From: a virus
Taxonomy: Duplodnaviria > Caudoviricetes
IMG/VR virus record: IMGVR_UViG_3300006076_000615
Coordinates: 1 to 29,747 of that record
DNA length: 29,747 nt
Strand: one strand, 5' to 3'
Made by a program: the position numbers and the translations under genes
Shown: piece by piece, positions 1 to 8,754 of the stretch
How the letters are laid out: each line of letters starts with the position of its first letter
How positions within the stretch are numbered: the stretch's first letter is position 1
The notes under the pieces: model-generated
Seen by the model: the letters and a program-made list of their open reading frames with translations, nothing else
The model's database searches: none
What the model was told of the DNA's origin: nothing

Positions 1-1365
1 CAGCGAGCCGGTGACGAAGGCTTCGGGGCGATACACGGCCAGGGCCAGGCGCTCTTCAGCGCGGATGGTGACCATGTTCTTCTCGAAATCCTTGTCGTTC
101 TCGGTGGAGACCAGAATCTCTACGTCCATGCGGTCGTAGATCTGGGCGCCGAGAGCGAACGCACCGACCAGGAACTCGTCCGCCTGGATGGCAGTGGTTT
201 CCACCACCGGCAGCGCCCACAGACGCGGAGCGGTGCCATCTTGCGGGCGGCCGATCAGGTAGTTGCCGTTCTCGTCCTTGAGGGTTTCGATCAGCGCCCA
301 GTCGATCGGGTTGAGTACGATACCGGTTGCCGGGAACTCGGCCAGGGTCGCCTGCAGCATGGCCAGGCGAATGCGGTCGATGCGTTGTTCCTTTTCAACG
401 CTGACGCCGGTGAGTGCCGCGTACTGCTGAGCCTGCGGGATCAGGCCAGTGATGTTGGCGCCGCTGCCATTGCCGTACAGCAACTGGCCTTCCTCAGCCA
501 GTTTGAGCATGTATTCGGCACGGGCGTCGATGAAGCTGCGCAGTGCCTGGTTGTCGTCCAGGATCTGGCGGCTGGCTTTGAGCAGGTGTGCGATCACGCG
601 CACAGGGGCGTTGTCGAGTTCGAACTCGATATCCGAGTACGGCTTCTGACCACCCTCGGTTACCGGGCCGGCGTTATTGGTGTAGCCGGTTTCGCGCACG
701 TACTCGACGTTGTTGCTGCCGGTGGTGCCGGGGGCAATGAGGTCACGGATGGTCAGGCGGCGCTCGGGAGCCGGCACAACACCCATGCGCCGCTCGCTGC
801 CGACCAGGTTACCGCCATTGGTATCCACGGAGGTGATGGCAGAGCGCGGAACGGCGATGCGGCGAGAGCCACGGAAGGAGCTGTTGACGCCCTCCATTTC
901 CTCGGCACTGGCCACCAGTTCGCCGGCAGACTTCGGACGGTCAGTTTCACCGCCGCGCTTGTCGGCATTAACCAGCTTCTGTTCAGCTTCCTGCAGGCGG
1001 GCCTGCAGTTCGCCCTGCTTGGTCAGCATCTCGTCGACCTTGGCGCGGGTTTCGGCGCTCATGGCCTGATGGCGCTCGATATCCTTTGCCGCCTGTTCAG
1101 CGTGGGCCTTCAGCTGATCGCCCACTTCTTTCAGGTTGGCCTGCACCTGCTTGTACTGCTCTTCGACGCCTTCCTCACCCAGCTTACCCATTTGGGCATT
1201 CCAGGCGCGGTAGCTGGATTTACCGGGCTGAACCAGCAGTGCAGTGAGAGAGACGGCGAGAACGGTGGCGCCAACCGTTTTCAGGTCAACGCCGAAGGTG
1301 AGAGGGATCAGCGCTGCGACGGCCAGCACAGCCATCAGGAACAGCGGGGAGAGACGGAATTTCAT
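1..1365 (-). CDS. HK97-family major capsid protein, last few codons outside the window; hydrophobic N-terminal extension
   Basis: Not in the ORF track because it runs off the edge. Manual translation from ATG 1365 (SD GAGGA): MKFRLSPLFLMAVLAV..., coiled-coil delta domain, RRLTIRDLIAPGTTGSNNVEYVRE, ASRQILDD, LLYGNGSG, ending AVYRPEAFVTGSL. Confidence 0.95.
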   Translation of the reverse strand, partial: MKFRLSPLFLMAVLAVAALIPLTFGVDLKTVGATVLAVSLTALLVQPGKSSYRAWNAQMGKLGEEGVEEQYKQVQANLKEVGDQLKAHAEQAAKDIERHQAMSAETRAKVDEMLTKQGELQARLQEAEQKLVNADKRGGETDRPKSAGELVASAEEMEGVNSSFRGSRRIAVPRSAITSVDTNGGNLVGSERRMGVVPAPERRLTIRDLIAPGTTGSNNVEYVRETGYTNNAGPVTEGGQKPYSDIEFELDNAPVRVIAHLLKASRQILDDNQALRSFIDARAEYMLKLAEEGQLLYGNGSGANITGLIPQAQQYAALTGVSVEKEQRIDRIRLAMLQATLAEFPATGIVLNPIDWALIETLKDENGNYLIGRPQDGTAPRLWALPVVETTAIQADEFLVGAFALGAQIYDRMDVEILVSTENDKDFEKNMVTIRAEERLALAVYRPEAFVTGSL

Positions 1366-1376
1366 GGTGATGTTCC

Positions 1377-2213
1377 TCATGCGGGAAAGGAGATTTTCGG
1401 TAGTGGCTGGAGGTCGAGCGCGACAGCGCGTGGCTTATCGGTCGGGCCAGCGTTCTGCGTGGCCCCGCCGGCAGCGCCAGGCATGCCGGACTTGAAATTG
1501 GCGAAGAGCTCGCGGCGCTGGGAGCGCGGCAAGCCAGCTTTGGCCAGTGCGATATCCATGGCCTTTAGAGCGTTGTTCTGGTGCGCTTCGGTGGTGCTTC
1601 GCTCGGTGATCTCGTCGGCAGATAGCAGCCCGGTAGCGAGGCCTAGCTCGACTGCGCGCTTGCCGCGAATGAACGTCTCGTCGTCCATCATCTCTGCCAT
1701 GCTTTCCACGGGCTGGCCGCTGGTTTCGGCATAGAGGTCGGCCATGGCAGCGTCGAACTCTTCCATATCGTCAGCCACGGCGCGCAGGTAATGGCGGTTA
1801 CCGGCGAGGAAGGTCCAGCAGTTGTGGATCATCAGGAAGGCGCTGCTGGCAACCTCGCGCTCCTCGCCGGCCAGGTAGACCACCGAGGCGGCGCTGGCAG
1901 CCATCCCAAGCACCTTGGTGCTGACTTTGTGGCTGTGCTCGCGCAGGCGGTTGTAGATGGCGATGCCTTCGAACATGTCGCCGCCTGGCGAGTTGATGTA
2001 GACGGTAACGTCCTTCTCACCGATGGAACGCAGCGCAGCGTCGATACGCTTCAGGGTTACGCCTTCGCCGTACCAGTCTTCACCGATCACGCCGTAGATG
2101 GTGATGGTGTCAGAGGTGTTCTCAACCGCCGCTTGGATGGCAGGGTTCCATTTCTCGAGCGCGCGCGGGCTCATCTCGCTGCGCAGGCCGCGAGACTGGA
2201 TTTTCAGTTTCAT
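1377..2213 (-). CDS. ClpP-like (S14) prohead maturation protease
   Basis: YINSPGGD, LGMAASAASVV and MIHN motifs; lies between portal and capsid. Confidence 0.93.
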   Translation of the reverse strand: MKLKIQSRGLRSEMSPRALEKWNPAIQAAVENTSDTITIYGVIGEDWYGEGVTLKRIDAALRSIGEKDVTVYINSPGGDMFEGIAIYNRLREHSHKVSTKVLGMAASAASVVYLAGEEREVASSAFLMIHNCWTFLAGNRHYLRAVADDMEEFDAAMADLYAETSGQPVESMAEMMDDETFIRGKRAVELGLATGLLSADEITERSTTEAHQNNALKAMDIALAKAGLPRSQRRELFANFKSGMPGAAGGATQNAGPTDKPRAVALDLQPLPKISFPA

Positions 2214-2216
2214 GGG

Positions 2217-3521
2217 TTATTCCTTTGCGGGTTCGGCGGTGAGCCAATTCATCAGGGCTGCGCGAACGTTTTGGCTTTCGTTCTGCTTGCCCAGTTGGTC
2301 GAGCGGCACGAGGTTGGATTGAACGGTGAGGATGTCGCCGCCAGGCTTGGCCGGCATGTTCTCTTTCAGGCGTCCTTCATTGCGGGTAAGGAAACCGTTC
2401 TGCGCCATGGTGCTGAGGTATGCAGCCCGGCCAGCGCTGTCTGCGCGCAGGAAGGCTTCCAGCGAATACTCGGCGTAGTAGGTGATGCGATCCACGGCGG
2501 TGAGCAGCTTCTTCTCCACGCACTGCTCGATCGGCGCGGTATAGCTCATGATGCAGTAGGTCAGGAACGCGAGCTGCTGTTGCTCCAAGCCAGTCCCCCA
2601 GTTGCTGCCCTTGTCGGTCTTCATGACCATCCAGGTTGGCACGCCGAACCAGCGGCAAATCTCTTCGACGCTGTGCCCGCGAGACTCAAGCAACTGAGCA
2701 TCGGCGGGGTTGATGCCAATGGCTTCCGGGGTGATGCCATACTCCAGCACCGGTGATTTGCCGGCGTTCATGGCGCCACTGATGGTCTTGGCGTACTCGC
2801 GGAAGTCCGTCCGCTGATCGGGAGTCAGCACCCGATCCATCTTGAATGCGACGGTCGGCATCATGCCGTTCTTGAACGTGCTGTTGGCTGCGTCATCTGC
2901 CGACATCGCAGACCCGAACACGTCGGCACCGTAGCGAATCGCGGAGAGCCCCATCTTCCCATCCAGGGTGAAGGCGGGAATGTGCAGCATGTTCTCGCGG
3001 CGAATCTCTCGGCGCGGGCCTTTCTTGGGGTGGAACCAGTACCGCAAGCGGCCATCATCATCCTGCTCAGGCTTGACGCGCCCTGGCATCAGAAAGTCCA
3101 GGGCGATAACTCGGCCAGCTGATCGATGGATCTCGCAGTAGGCATTACCCCACAGGAGCATCGATGCAACCACGGACTGCCAGAAATGGAAGGCGGTCGT
3201 GTCCTCGTTCGGGCTGGTGTGCACCACGTCATACAGCGAAAAGTCACGTGCCGTCTCGCGGCTGCCGTCAGCCTTGCGGCGGTAGATGTTGAGCGGCAAG
3301 CCAGCAACGGACATCGAGATGATGCGAACGCAGGCCCAGACCGTAGACAGGCGCATGGCGTTGTCGATGGTGACCGTCTTGCCAGAGCTGGATTGACTGC
3401 CAAAGTAGGCACCCCAGAAACCGCCATCACTGAGGCGGATGGACTTACCCATCCAGTCGCCGAGGCTGGCTGCCGGTCGCTGGGCGGAAGTCACCAGCGC
3501 CTGCATCAAGCTCTTACCCAT
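2217..3521 (-). CDS. HK97-family portal protein
   Basis: VWACVRIIS, LLWGNAY, GLSAI, EEICRWFGVP, GFLTRNEGR; start moved to ATG 3521, which has SD GAGG. Confidence 0.95.
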   Translation of the reverse strand: MGKSLMQALVTSAQRPAASLGDWMGKSIRLSDGGFWGAYFGSQSSSGKTVTIDNAMRLSTVWACVRIISMSVAGLPLNIYRRKADGSRETARDFSLYDVVHTSPNEDTTAFHFWQSVVASMLLWGNAYCEIHRSAGRVIALDFLMPGRVKPEQDDDGRLRYWFHPKKGPRREIRRENMLHIPAFTLDGKMGLSAIRYGADVFGSAMSADDAANSTFKNGMMPTVAFKMDRVLTPDQRTDFREYAKTISGAMNAGKSPVLEYGITPEAIGINPADAQLLESRGHSVEEICRWFGVPTWMVMKTDKGSNWGTGLEQQQLAFLTYCIMSYTAPIEQCVEKKLLTAVDRITYYAEYSLEAFLRADSAGRAAYLSTMAQNGFLTRNEGRLKENMPAKPGGDILTVQSNLVPLDQLGKQNESQNVRAALMNWLTAEPAKE

Positions 3522-3675
3522 TGGTAATACCTCGGCGGATGAATCCGGCAATGCAGAACAGCGAGAGCCCGCCGGCGATCAGCGCCCAGCCGGTACCGGC
3601 TAGCATCCAGACGCCAGCGCACAGCAATGCGAAGCCGGCCAGGCTGACCAGCAGGAATGCGAGAAAGGCGTTCAT
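3514..3675 (-). CDS. Small two-TM membrane protein (53 aa) between terminase and portal
   Basis: Manual translation [53 protein letters not shown]; overlaps the terL stop (ATGA) and the portal start. Confidence 0.75.
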   Translation of the reverse strand: MNAFLAFLLVSLAGFALLCAGVWMLAGTGWALIAGGLSLFCIAGFIRRGITNG

Positions 3676-5399
3676 GTGATGATGGGGTCCCGTATGGCGG
3701 CGAACCAGTCGTCTTCTGTGTTCGGGTTGGTGGCCTGGGCCATAACGCGCCCCACTGCCATGATCAGCGCCACGGCGCCGTCAATCTTGTTGTCGTTGCC
3801 CTGCTTGATCGGGCGGACAACGTCGTCGTTGCCCGGCAGGTTCTTGCCGATCACGTTACCCAAGCACCAGCTCATGATTGGGTTGCCGTCATGGTGGAAG
3901 CGGCCGCTGAGGATGGCCGCTTCCAGCTCCTTCATCGGCGTGGACATGTTGGTGTAGTTCTGGGTGATGACGACGGGCGTGAGTCCTTCGTCTTCCAGTT
4001 CATGGGCCAAGCCAGTGGCCCCGTGCGGATCGATTGGGCATTCCTTCACCGCGAACTGACGGCCGGCCTCCTTCGCTTCTTCGAGGATCTCCCGGTAGTC
4101 CACCTCGGCGCCGGCAGTCTCGATCAGGTATCCAGCGTTCACCCAGGCCTGGTAGCGCTCGGCCATCCGCTGGTTGTCGCTACTGCGCACGGTGTCTTCT
4201 GGCACCCAGAATCTGGGCGCCACGCAGTAGTAGTGGACCCGCCCGTCAATGACGCGCCAGAACAGGTGTGGCATGCTGTTCATGTCCAGCTTGCGCGCCA
4301 GGTCGAAGCCAAGCACGCAGTCCTGCCCCTCGAACTGCTCAAGGGTGAGGCTGGTGTCTTCACAGGCTCGCCAGGCTTCCATGTTGTAGAAGCCGGTCTT
4401 GGCCGAGACCCAGACGTTCAGGTGCTTGGTCTTGAAAGTGTTGGTGAAGCGCGCAGTGCGGATGGCTCTCTGCTGCTGGCTCTCCAGGTACTCGCGGAAA
4501 ACGGACACACCGAAATTCGGGTTGGCCTTGGCGAGCACCTTCGGGTCGGTCCAGTCATCGCCCTCGTCAATCGTCCAGATCCAGCCGAAGAGCTCGTCAT
4601 CCGGCACCGTTCCGTCGAGCATCTCCACCACCTGGCGGCGCAGGTCGTAGCACGGGCCCTCGATGTCAGCGCCGGCAGTGGTGATGATGAACATCAGCGG
4701 CTGGCGGCGAGCACCCATGCCAGTCAGCATGGTTTCGTACAAGGCGGCAGTCTGATGCTCGTGATACTCGTCAACGATTGCGCAACTGGGCGAAGCACCG
4801 TCACCTGGGTTGCCGATCAATGGTTCGAAGCGGCTACCGTCCGCGGGCCGATTCATGTTCGAGGCGTTGACCTCGATGCCAGCCGCTTCCATCAGCATGG
4901 GGGATCGCTTGACCATAAGCCGCGCTGGCCTGAAAACCTCCCACGCCTGTTTCTCGGTTGTCGCGCCGGCGTATATCTCGGCGCCGAATTCGTCGTCCGC
5001 CGTGAACATGCTGATGCCAAGGCCAGCGGCGATAACGCTCTTGCCGTTCTTCCTGGGCACTTCCCAATAACTGACGCGGAACCGGCGCTGCCCACTGTGC
5101 TTGCGCACCCAGCCGAATGTCATGGCCAGGCCGAACAACTGCCAGGGCTCAAGCGTGACCAGCTGACGCTTGAATGCCCACTCCCCTTTGGTGTGGGGCA
5201 GCATCTGAATCAGCCGCAGCTTCTTCTCGGCCTTGGCCGGGTCGAAGCGATACTTGAACTTAGCGCTACGGCTCTTGGCCATCTCGCAGAAATGACGCTC
5301 AACCGCCTGCTTGACGTACTTACAGCACGGCACCTTACCAGCCACGACACGCTTACCCCACCGAATCGCTGATTCGACGTTGGGGTACTTTGTTGCCAT
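3672..5399 (-). CDS. terL: Terminase large subunit
   Basis: LEPWQ Q-motif, Walker A VPRKNGKS, Walker B AIVDEYH, ITTAG, nuclease motifs GFDLA and [11 protein letters not shown]. Confidence 0.97.
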   Translation of the reverse strand: MATKYPNVESAIRWGKRVVAGKVPCCKYVKQAVERHFCEMAKSRSAKFKYRFDPAKAEKKLRLIQMLPHTKGEWAFKRQLVTLEPWQLFGLAMTFGWVRKHSGQRRFRVSYWEVPRKNGKSVIAAGLGISMFTADDEFGAEIYAGATTEKQAWEVFRPARLMVKRSPMLMEAAGIEVNASNMNRPADGSRFEPLIGNPGDGASPSCAIVDEYHEHQTAALYETMLTGMGARRQPLMFIITTAGADIEGPCYDLRRQVVEMLDGTVPDDELFGWIWTIDEGDDWTDPKVLAKANPNFGVSVFREYLESQQQRAIRTARFTNTFKTKHLNVWVSAKTGFYNMEAWRACEDTSLTLEQFEGQDCVLGFDLARKLDMNSMPHLFWRVIDGRVHYYCVAPRFWVPEDTVRSSDNQRMAERYQAWVNAGYLIETAGAEVDYREILEEAKEAGRQFAVKECPIDPHGATGLAHELEDEGLTPVVITQNYTNMSTPMKELEAAILSGRFHHDGNPIMSWCLGNVIGKNLPGNDDVVRPIKQGNDNKIDGAVALIMAVGRVMAQATNPNTEDDWFAAIRDPIIT

Positions 5400-5400
5400 G

Positions 5401-5880
5401 TCAGCCTTCGATCAGATCCGCAAACGGGTTGGACGATTTCGCCTTTTTGCCACCGGTCAGGCGTGACCGGCTGGATGGGTCCAGGCCGAGCAGTGCGCCG
5501 GCAGTAACCATCTGCGCCATGGCTTCTTTGGCCGCCGTCAATGCTGGGTTCTTGATCGGGCTCCCCATTGCTGAGGTCATGATCGCGCCGTGCTGTACGA
5601 CGAGCTCCTGTGCAGAGCGCCAGTTGGCGTATGCCGTGCAGAAAGCTTCGACTATGTGCAGGTCAGTTACGCAAACAATCTTCTGAGCTAGCAGCTCCGG
5701 AAGTACCGTTTCCCACATCTGAATCGCCAGCGGCTCCATCCACTGAGGCGGATCGACATGCGTTATCTGCGTGAAGTCCGGCTCAGCCTTGTTCAGCGCG
5801 CGCTTGCCCGGGTTACCCGCCAACACCTTCTTGGCCGTTGGTTTGGGGCGACGGCCGGACCGCCCCGCAACACCAGGCAT
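5401..5880 (-). CDS. terS: Terminase small subunit, P27 family
   Basis: GRRPKPT..K.L.GNPGKR, NPA and [11 protein letters not shown] motifs; SD AGGAG upstream. Confidence 0.92.
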   Translation of the reverse strand: MPGVAGRSGRRPKPTAKKVLAGNPGKRALNKAEPDFTQITHVDPPQWMEPLAIQMWETVLPELLAQKIVCVTDLHIVEAFCTAYANWRSAQELVVQHGAIMTSAMGSPIKNPALTAAKEAMAQMVTAGALLGLDPSSRSRLTGGKKAKSSNPFADLIEG

Positions 5881-5889
5881 TGGCCCCAC

Positions 5890-5985
5890 TCCTGAATTTC
5901 ATTTTTCGCGGGTATGAAAATTTGGCTTCCCCTGTCGTTCGGGCAGTGAAATCGCTCAAGCTTTCGACCCGCCCTCCCCACCCGG
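5890..5985. other. Probable cos/packaging-initiation region
   Basis: Position between HNH and terS as in HK97-like cos phages, with G-run and A/T-run elements; the exact cut site cannot be read from sequence. Confidence 0.4.
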
Positions 5986-6378
5986 AGAATGCGAGCCGTT
6001 ATCACTAGCCAGGCCAACGCGCTCGCCGATGCTGTTGTGGCATGACCGACACAAGGCGCGAAGGTTGTCCCAGGTCAGGGCCAGGTCAGGGTGAGTCTTG
6101 ACTGGCTTGATGTGGTCAGTGATGTCGCTAGCAGCGTTATCGCAGTGCTCGCATACGGGATGCTTCTTGCGGTAGTAGGCGCTGAGCTTCTTCCAGCGCT
6201 CTGTCTTGTAGAACGAGTCGGATGCGTCACGCACTTCGTTGTAGCGTTTATGCGTCTGACGACGAGCAAGCGCAGCAGCTGCTTCAGCCATGGGCGCGTG
6301 CTTAGAGCAGTAGGAGGTGCCACGCACAAGCACCGAGCACCCAGGAGCTGCACAGGGCCGCAATGGCCTAGCGGGCAT
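5956..6378 (-). CDS. HNH endonuclease (HK97 gp74-like terminase cofactor)
   Basis: CEHC...DHIKP...NLRALCRSCHN; start moved to MPARPLRPC (SD GAGG). Confidence 0.92.
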   Translation of the reverse strand: MPARPLRPCAAPGCSVLVRGTSYCSKHAPMAEAAAALARRQTHKRYNEVRDASDSFYKTERWKKLSAYYRKKHPVCEHCDNAASDITDHIKPVKTHPDLALTWDNLRALCRSCHNSIGERVGLASDNGSHSPGGEGGSKA

Positions 6379-6682
6379 CGCTACCTCTGCGCCGGTCACG
6401 CCTGCCATCCCATGCATCAGGCCCGCGCAATACTGCCGCGATATTGCCGCCGCAGCGCATAGTGGCAGCAGCAAGGAAGGCCAGCAGCGCCACCAGAGGC
6501 CACGCCTCTATGGCAACAACGAGCTCACCCGTAACGATATGGATGACGGCAGAGCCGCAGCAGACCATAGCGATGACCGCCAGCCCTGACTTCAATCGGT
6601 TGAACGTTGCGCCATCTCGCTGATAGGTGAATAACCGAACGAAGATCGCCAGGCACAGGATGATGACAATCACATTGAGCAT
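6368..6682 (-). CDS. Putative holin-family membrane protein (3 TM)
   Basis: Three hydrophobic segments, C-terminal GGNIA motif and basic tail; second late-operon gene. Confidence 0.7.
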   Translation of the reverse strand: MLNVIVIILCLAIFVRLFTYQRDGATFNRLKSGLAVIAMVCCGSAVIHIVTGELVVAIEAWPLVALLAFLAAATMRCGGNIAAVLRGPDAWDGRRDRRRGSDAR

Positions 6683-6684
6683 GA

Positions 6685-7038
6685 TCAGCTCCCCATAGGC
6701 GCAGACCGGCTGCGGCTGCGAATGGCTGCGAGAGTGACGGTCACCACCATTGCTGACGCCATGAATGCCGCGGGGCCTGGCAGATCAATCGGCCCAACGC
6801 CGAGCCACTCGATCTTCGCCTTAGCTACTGCTGGGGCGAACAGATACCCCATTATGAAAGAGATCAGGAACAGCACCAGCCGCGTGCGCACAGCGAACTC
6901 GCTGGCCGCGATGAAGAAGATGACTGCGCCGCAGAGAGCGCCGACGGCGGCATCGCCGTTGATGCCCGCGAGCACACCCGCCAAACCGGCGCCGGCTGCA
7001 CTGACTGCCACAACGGTCGCAGTACTTGGCTCAGCCAT
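6685..7038 (-). CDS. Putative holin
   Basis: MAEPST..., several TM segments, basic C-terminus; first late-operon gene, SD GGAG. Confidence 0.7.
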   Translation of the reverse strand: MAEPSTATVVAVSAAGAGLAGVLAGINGDAAVGALCGAVIFFIAASEFAVRTRLVLFLISFIMGYLFAPAVAKAKIEWLGVGPIDLPGPAAFMASAMVVTVTLAAIRSRSRSAPMGS

Positions 7039-7048
7039 ACCCATCTCC

Positions 7049-7075
7049 AAAATAAAAAGCCCGCACTCGGCGGGC
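7049..7075 (-). terminator. Intrinsic terminator in the late leader (second)
   Basis: GCCCGC-CGAGT-GCGGGC followed by TTTTTATTTT on the minus strand. Confidence 0.8.
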
Positions 7076-7109
7076 AGGGCGACGGGCTGGGGAAGCCGCC
7101 GCAGAGCAG

Positions 7110-7141
7110 AAAAGAAAAGCCCGGCTCAGTGGCCGGGCTTT
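7110..7141 (-). terminator. Intrinsic terminator in the late leader (tR'-like)
   Basis: AAAGCCCGGC/GCCGGGCTTT stem followed by TCTTTT on the minus strand. Confidence 0.8.
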
Positions 7142-7185
7142 CGGGATTCTCAATCCTGAACGCGCAAGATTGACAGGATGGGAGA

Positions 7186-7214
7186 ACTCTCGGCCAATCG
7201 GCTACTTAAGTCAA
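7186..7214 (-). promoter_or_regulatory. Putative late promoter (pR'-like)
   Basis: TTGACT-17 nt-GAGAGT; the -35 overlaps the stop codon of the Q-position gene; two terminators follow. The -10 is weak. Confidence 0.5.
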
Positions 7215-7762
7215 GCGGCATGTGACAACAAAACCCCCTCGGCCTGCAGGATGGCCTCTGCGTGCTGCAGCGCCTCCTTCACCATCTCATCCAGCACAGC
7301 TCCAACACCCTGACGCCAGCGGCGACGAGTGCGCTCGTGGTTGGCCTCTGGATCCCACGTATTCATGTCATAGAACGCCGCCGGCAGCACGATCATGTCA
7401 GACGAGCGCTTACCCTCTGCGCCCTTCAGAGGCGGGATGGCCCAAGCGGTCACGGCCTTGTAAACGAACAACTTCGGCGCAGGCGAGGCAATCAGCGGGG
7501 CGAGAGCGCTGATGGCGGCGACCTTGCGCGCCTTGTGCGTGCCATACCGCGCAGCCAGGGCGTTCCAGTGGCGTGGGATCAGTTCGCTGTGCAGCCGCGC
7601 GAACACCCAGCAGTCGATCAGGTCGCGGTCAGGCACACCGCCTCGCCCGACCATCGCCGTATCCAGATCGATCAACTTCTGCCAGGCCTGGCGCGACGTG
7701 CTGTCCTTGCACTCGGCTGCCAGGGCCGACACCACCGCACTCAATACGCTCGAATAAACCAT
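7211..7762 (-). CDS. Putative late-gene antiterminator/regulator (Q position)
   Basis: Last early gene before the promoter, terminators and holins; 183 aa, helical; assignment is mainly positional. Confidence 0.6.
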   Translation of the reverse strand: MVYSSVLSAVVSALAAECKDSTSRQAWQKLIDLDTAMVGRGGVPDRDLIDCWVFARLHSELIPRHWNALAARYGTHKARKVAAISALAPLIASPAPKLFVYKAVTAWAIPPLKGAEGKRSSDMIVLPAAFYDMNTWDPEANHERTRRRWRQGVGAVLDEMVKEALQHAEAILQAEGVLLSHAA

Positions 7763-7772
7763 GCCCTTCCCC

Positions 7773-8084
7773 TCAATCCCCGGTGAAGTGCGCCCCGCCG
7801 GCGCCCTTCCTGTTATTGCCTTGATAACCCACCGCCGCGCCCTGCTCCGGCATCAAGCCGGCATGCTGCAGAACGCGCTGCATCCGCTTGCGCTCATCGC
7901 CCGACATAGCCAGGCGCAACCGCAACTGCTCGACCAACTCGGGATAGCCCAGCGCCTCCCCGTCCGGCTTCACGAAGCCACCACCGTTGCACCCGGCGCA
8001 CTCCATCAGATGGAAGATGCCCCGTATGCGCCCCGCGCCCCGGCACACCTCGCACCGCTCCAGCGGCATCAGGCGCGCTTTCAT
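7773..8084 (-). CDS. Hypothetical zinc-finger protein
   Basis: CEVCRGAG...CAGCNGGG (CxxCxGxG repeats); ATGA overlap with the upstream gene. Confidence 0.7.
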   Translation of the reverse strand: MKARLMPLERCEVCRGAGRIRGIFHLMECAGCNGGGFVKPDGEALGYPELVEQLRLRLAMSGDERKRMQRVLQHAGLMPEQGAAVGYQGNNRKGAGGAHFTGD

Positions 8085-8485
8085 TGCGCCTGCACCTGTT
8101 GCGCTGTCGGCGCCATGGCCAGGTACGCATTGATTTCGCGCATGGCCTCCTCGATGCCGCGACAAACAACGGCGCGGTACCCCTCTGCCTTCAGCCTGGC
8201 GAGCATGTCCTTCTGCACGCCGCTGACGGTTGCGTCATGCGGAGGGGTGGCCTTGAACTCGATGAAAAGCCCGAAGAAGCCACCGCGCGCTTGAGCTAGC
8301 TGCAGATCAGGCACGCCAGCCTTAACGCCCTGGGCTTTCAGCTTTCCAGCGGTCGCCTTGGTTCGAGCACCACCGTTTGGTGTGTGCCAGGTCACCGCAT
8401 AGGCTGCGCGGTGCTGGATCTCCAGCCACTTGACCAGCATCTGCTGTTCGCGGCCTTCGAAGTCGATAGGGCGAACTACGCGCAT
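8081..8485 (-). CDS. VRR-NUC domain nuclease (nin region)
   Basis: HTPNGG..GVKAGVPDL..FIEFK..Q..L...GY PD-(D/E)xK pattern. Confidence 0.9.
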   Translation of the reverse strand: MRVVRPIDFEGREQQMLVKWLEIQHRAAYAVTWHTPNGGARTKATAGKLKAQGVKAGVPDLQLAQARGGFFGLFIEFKATPPHDATVSGVQKDMLARLKAEGYRAVVCRGIEEAMREINAYLAMAPTAQQVQAQ

Positions 8486-8751
8486 GGCTCGACCTCGCGG
8501 GCTTTTTGCTGCTCTGGCTCGAAATCACCGCGTAGCGGCATCAGCGAACCATCCTCATAACCACAGTTGCCAGGGGCGAGGTGATGAGTGCATATCCAGC
8601 CGTTCGCCCGGGCGTACATAACGCCTTGAGGTGTATCTACGGCATCACCCTTTTCGACTCGCATAATTAGCTCTACAACGCTGCCCGCCATCACTGGAGG
8701 GAGGTCGATCAGAGTGATCGCCAGATCACCTACTTTGAGTTCGTTACCCAT
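8476..8751 (-). CDS. Hypothetical phage protein
   Basis: Tightly packed in the operon; LKVGDLA...LMPLRGDF. Confidence 0.7.
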   Translation of the reverse strand: MGNELKVGDLAITLIDLPPVMAGSVVELIMRVEKGDAVDTPQGVMYARANGWICTHHLAPGNCGYEDGSLMPLRGDFEPEQQKAREVEPCA

Positions 8752-8754
8752 TCT

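Noticed and set aside
241-5372. Long plus-strand ORFs (241-1734, 1791-2756, 3657-5372)
   Set aside because: Antisense shadows of the capsid, protease, portal and terminase genes in high-GC DNA; no motifs
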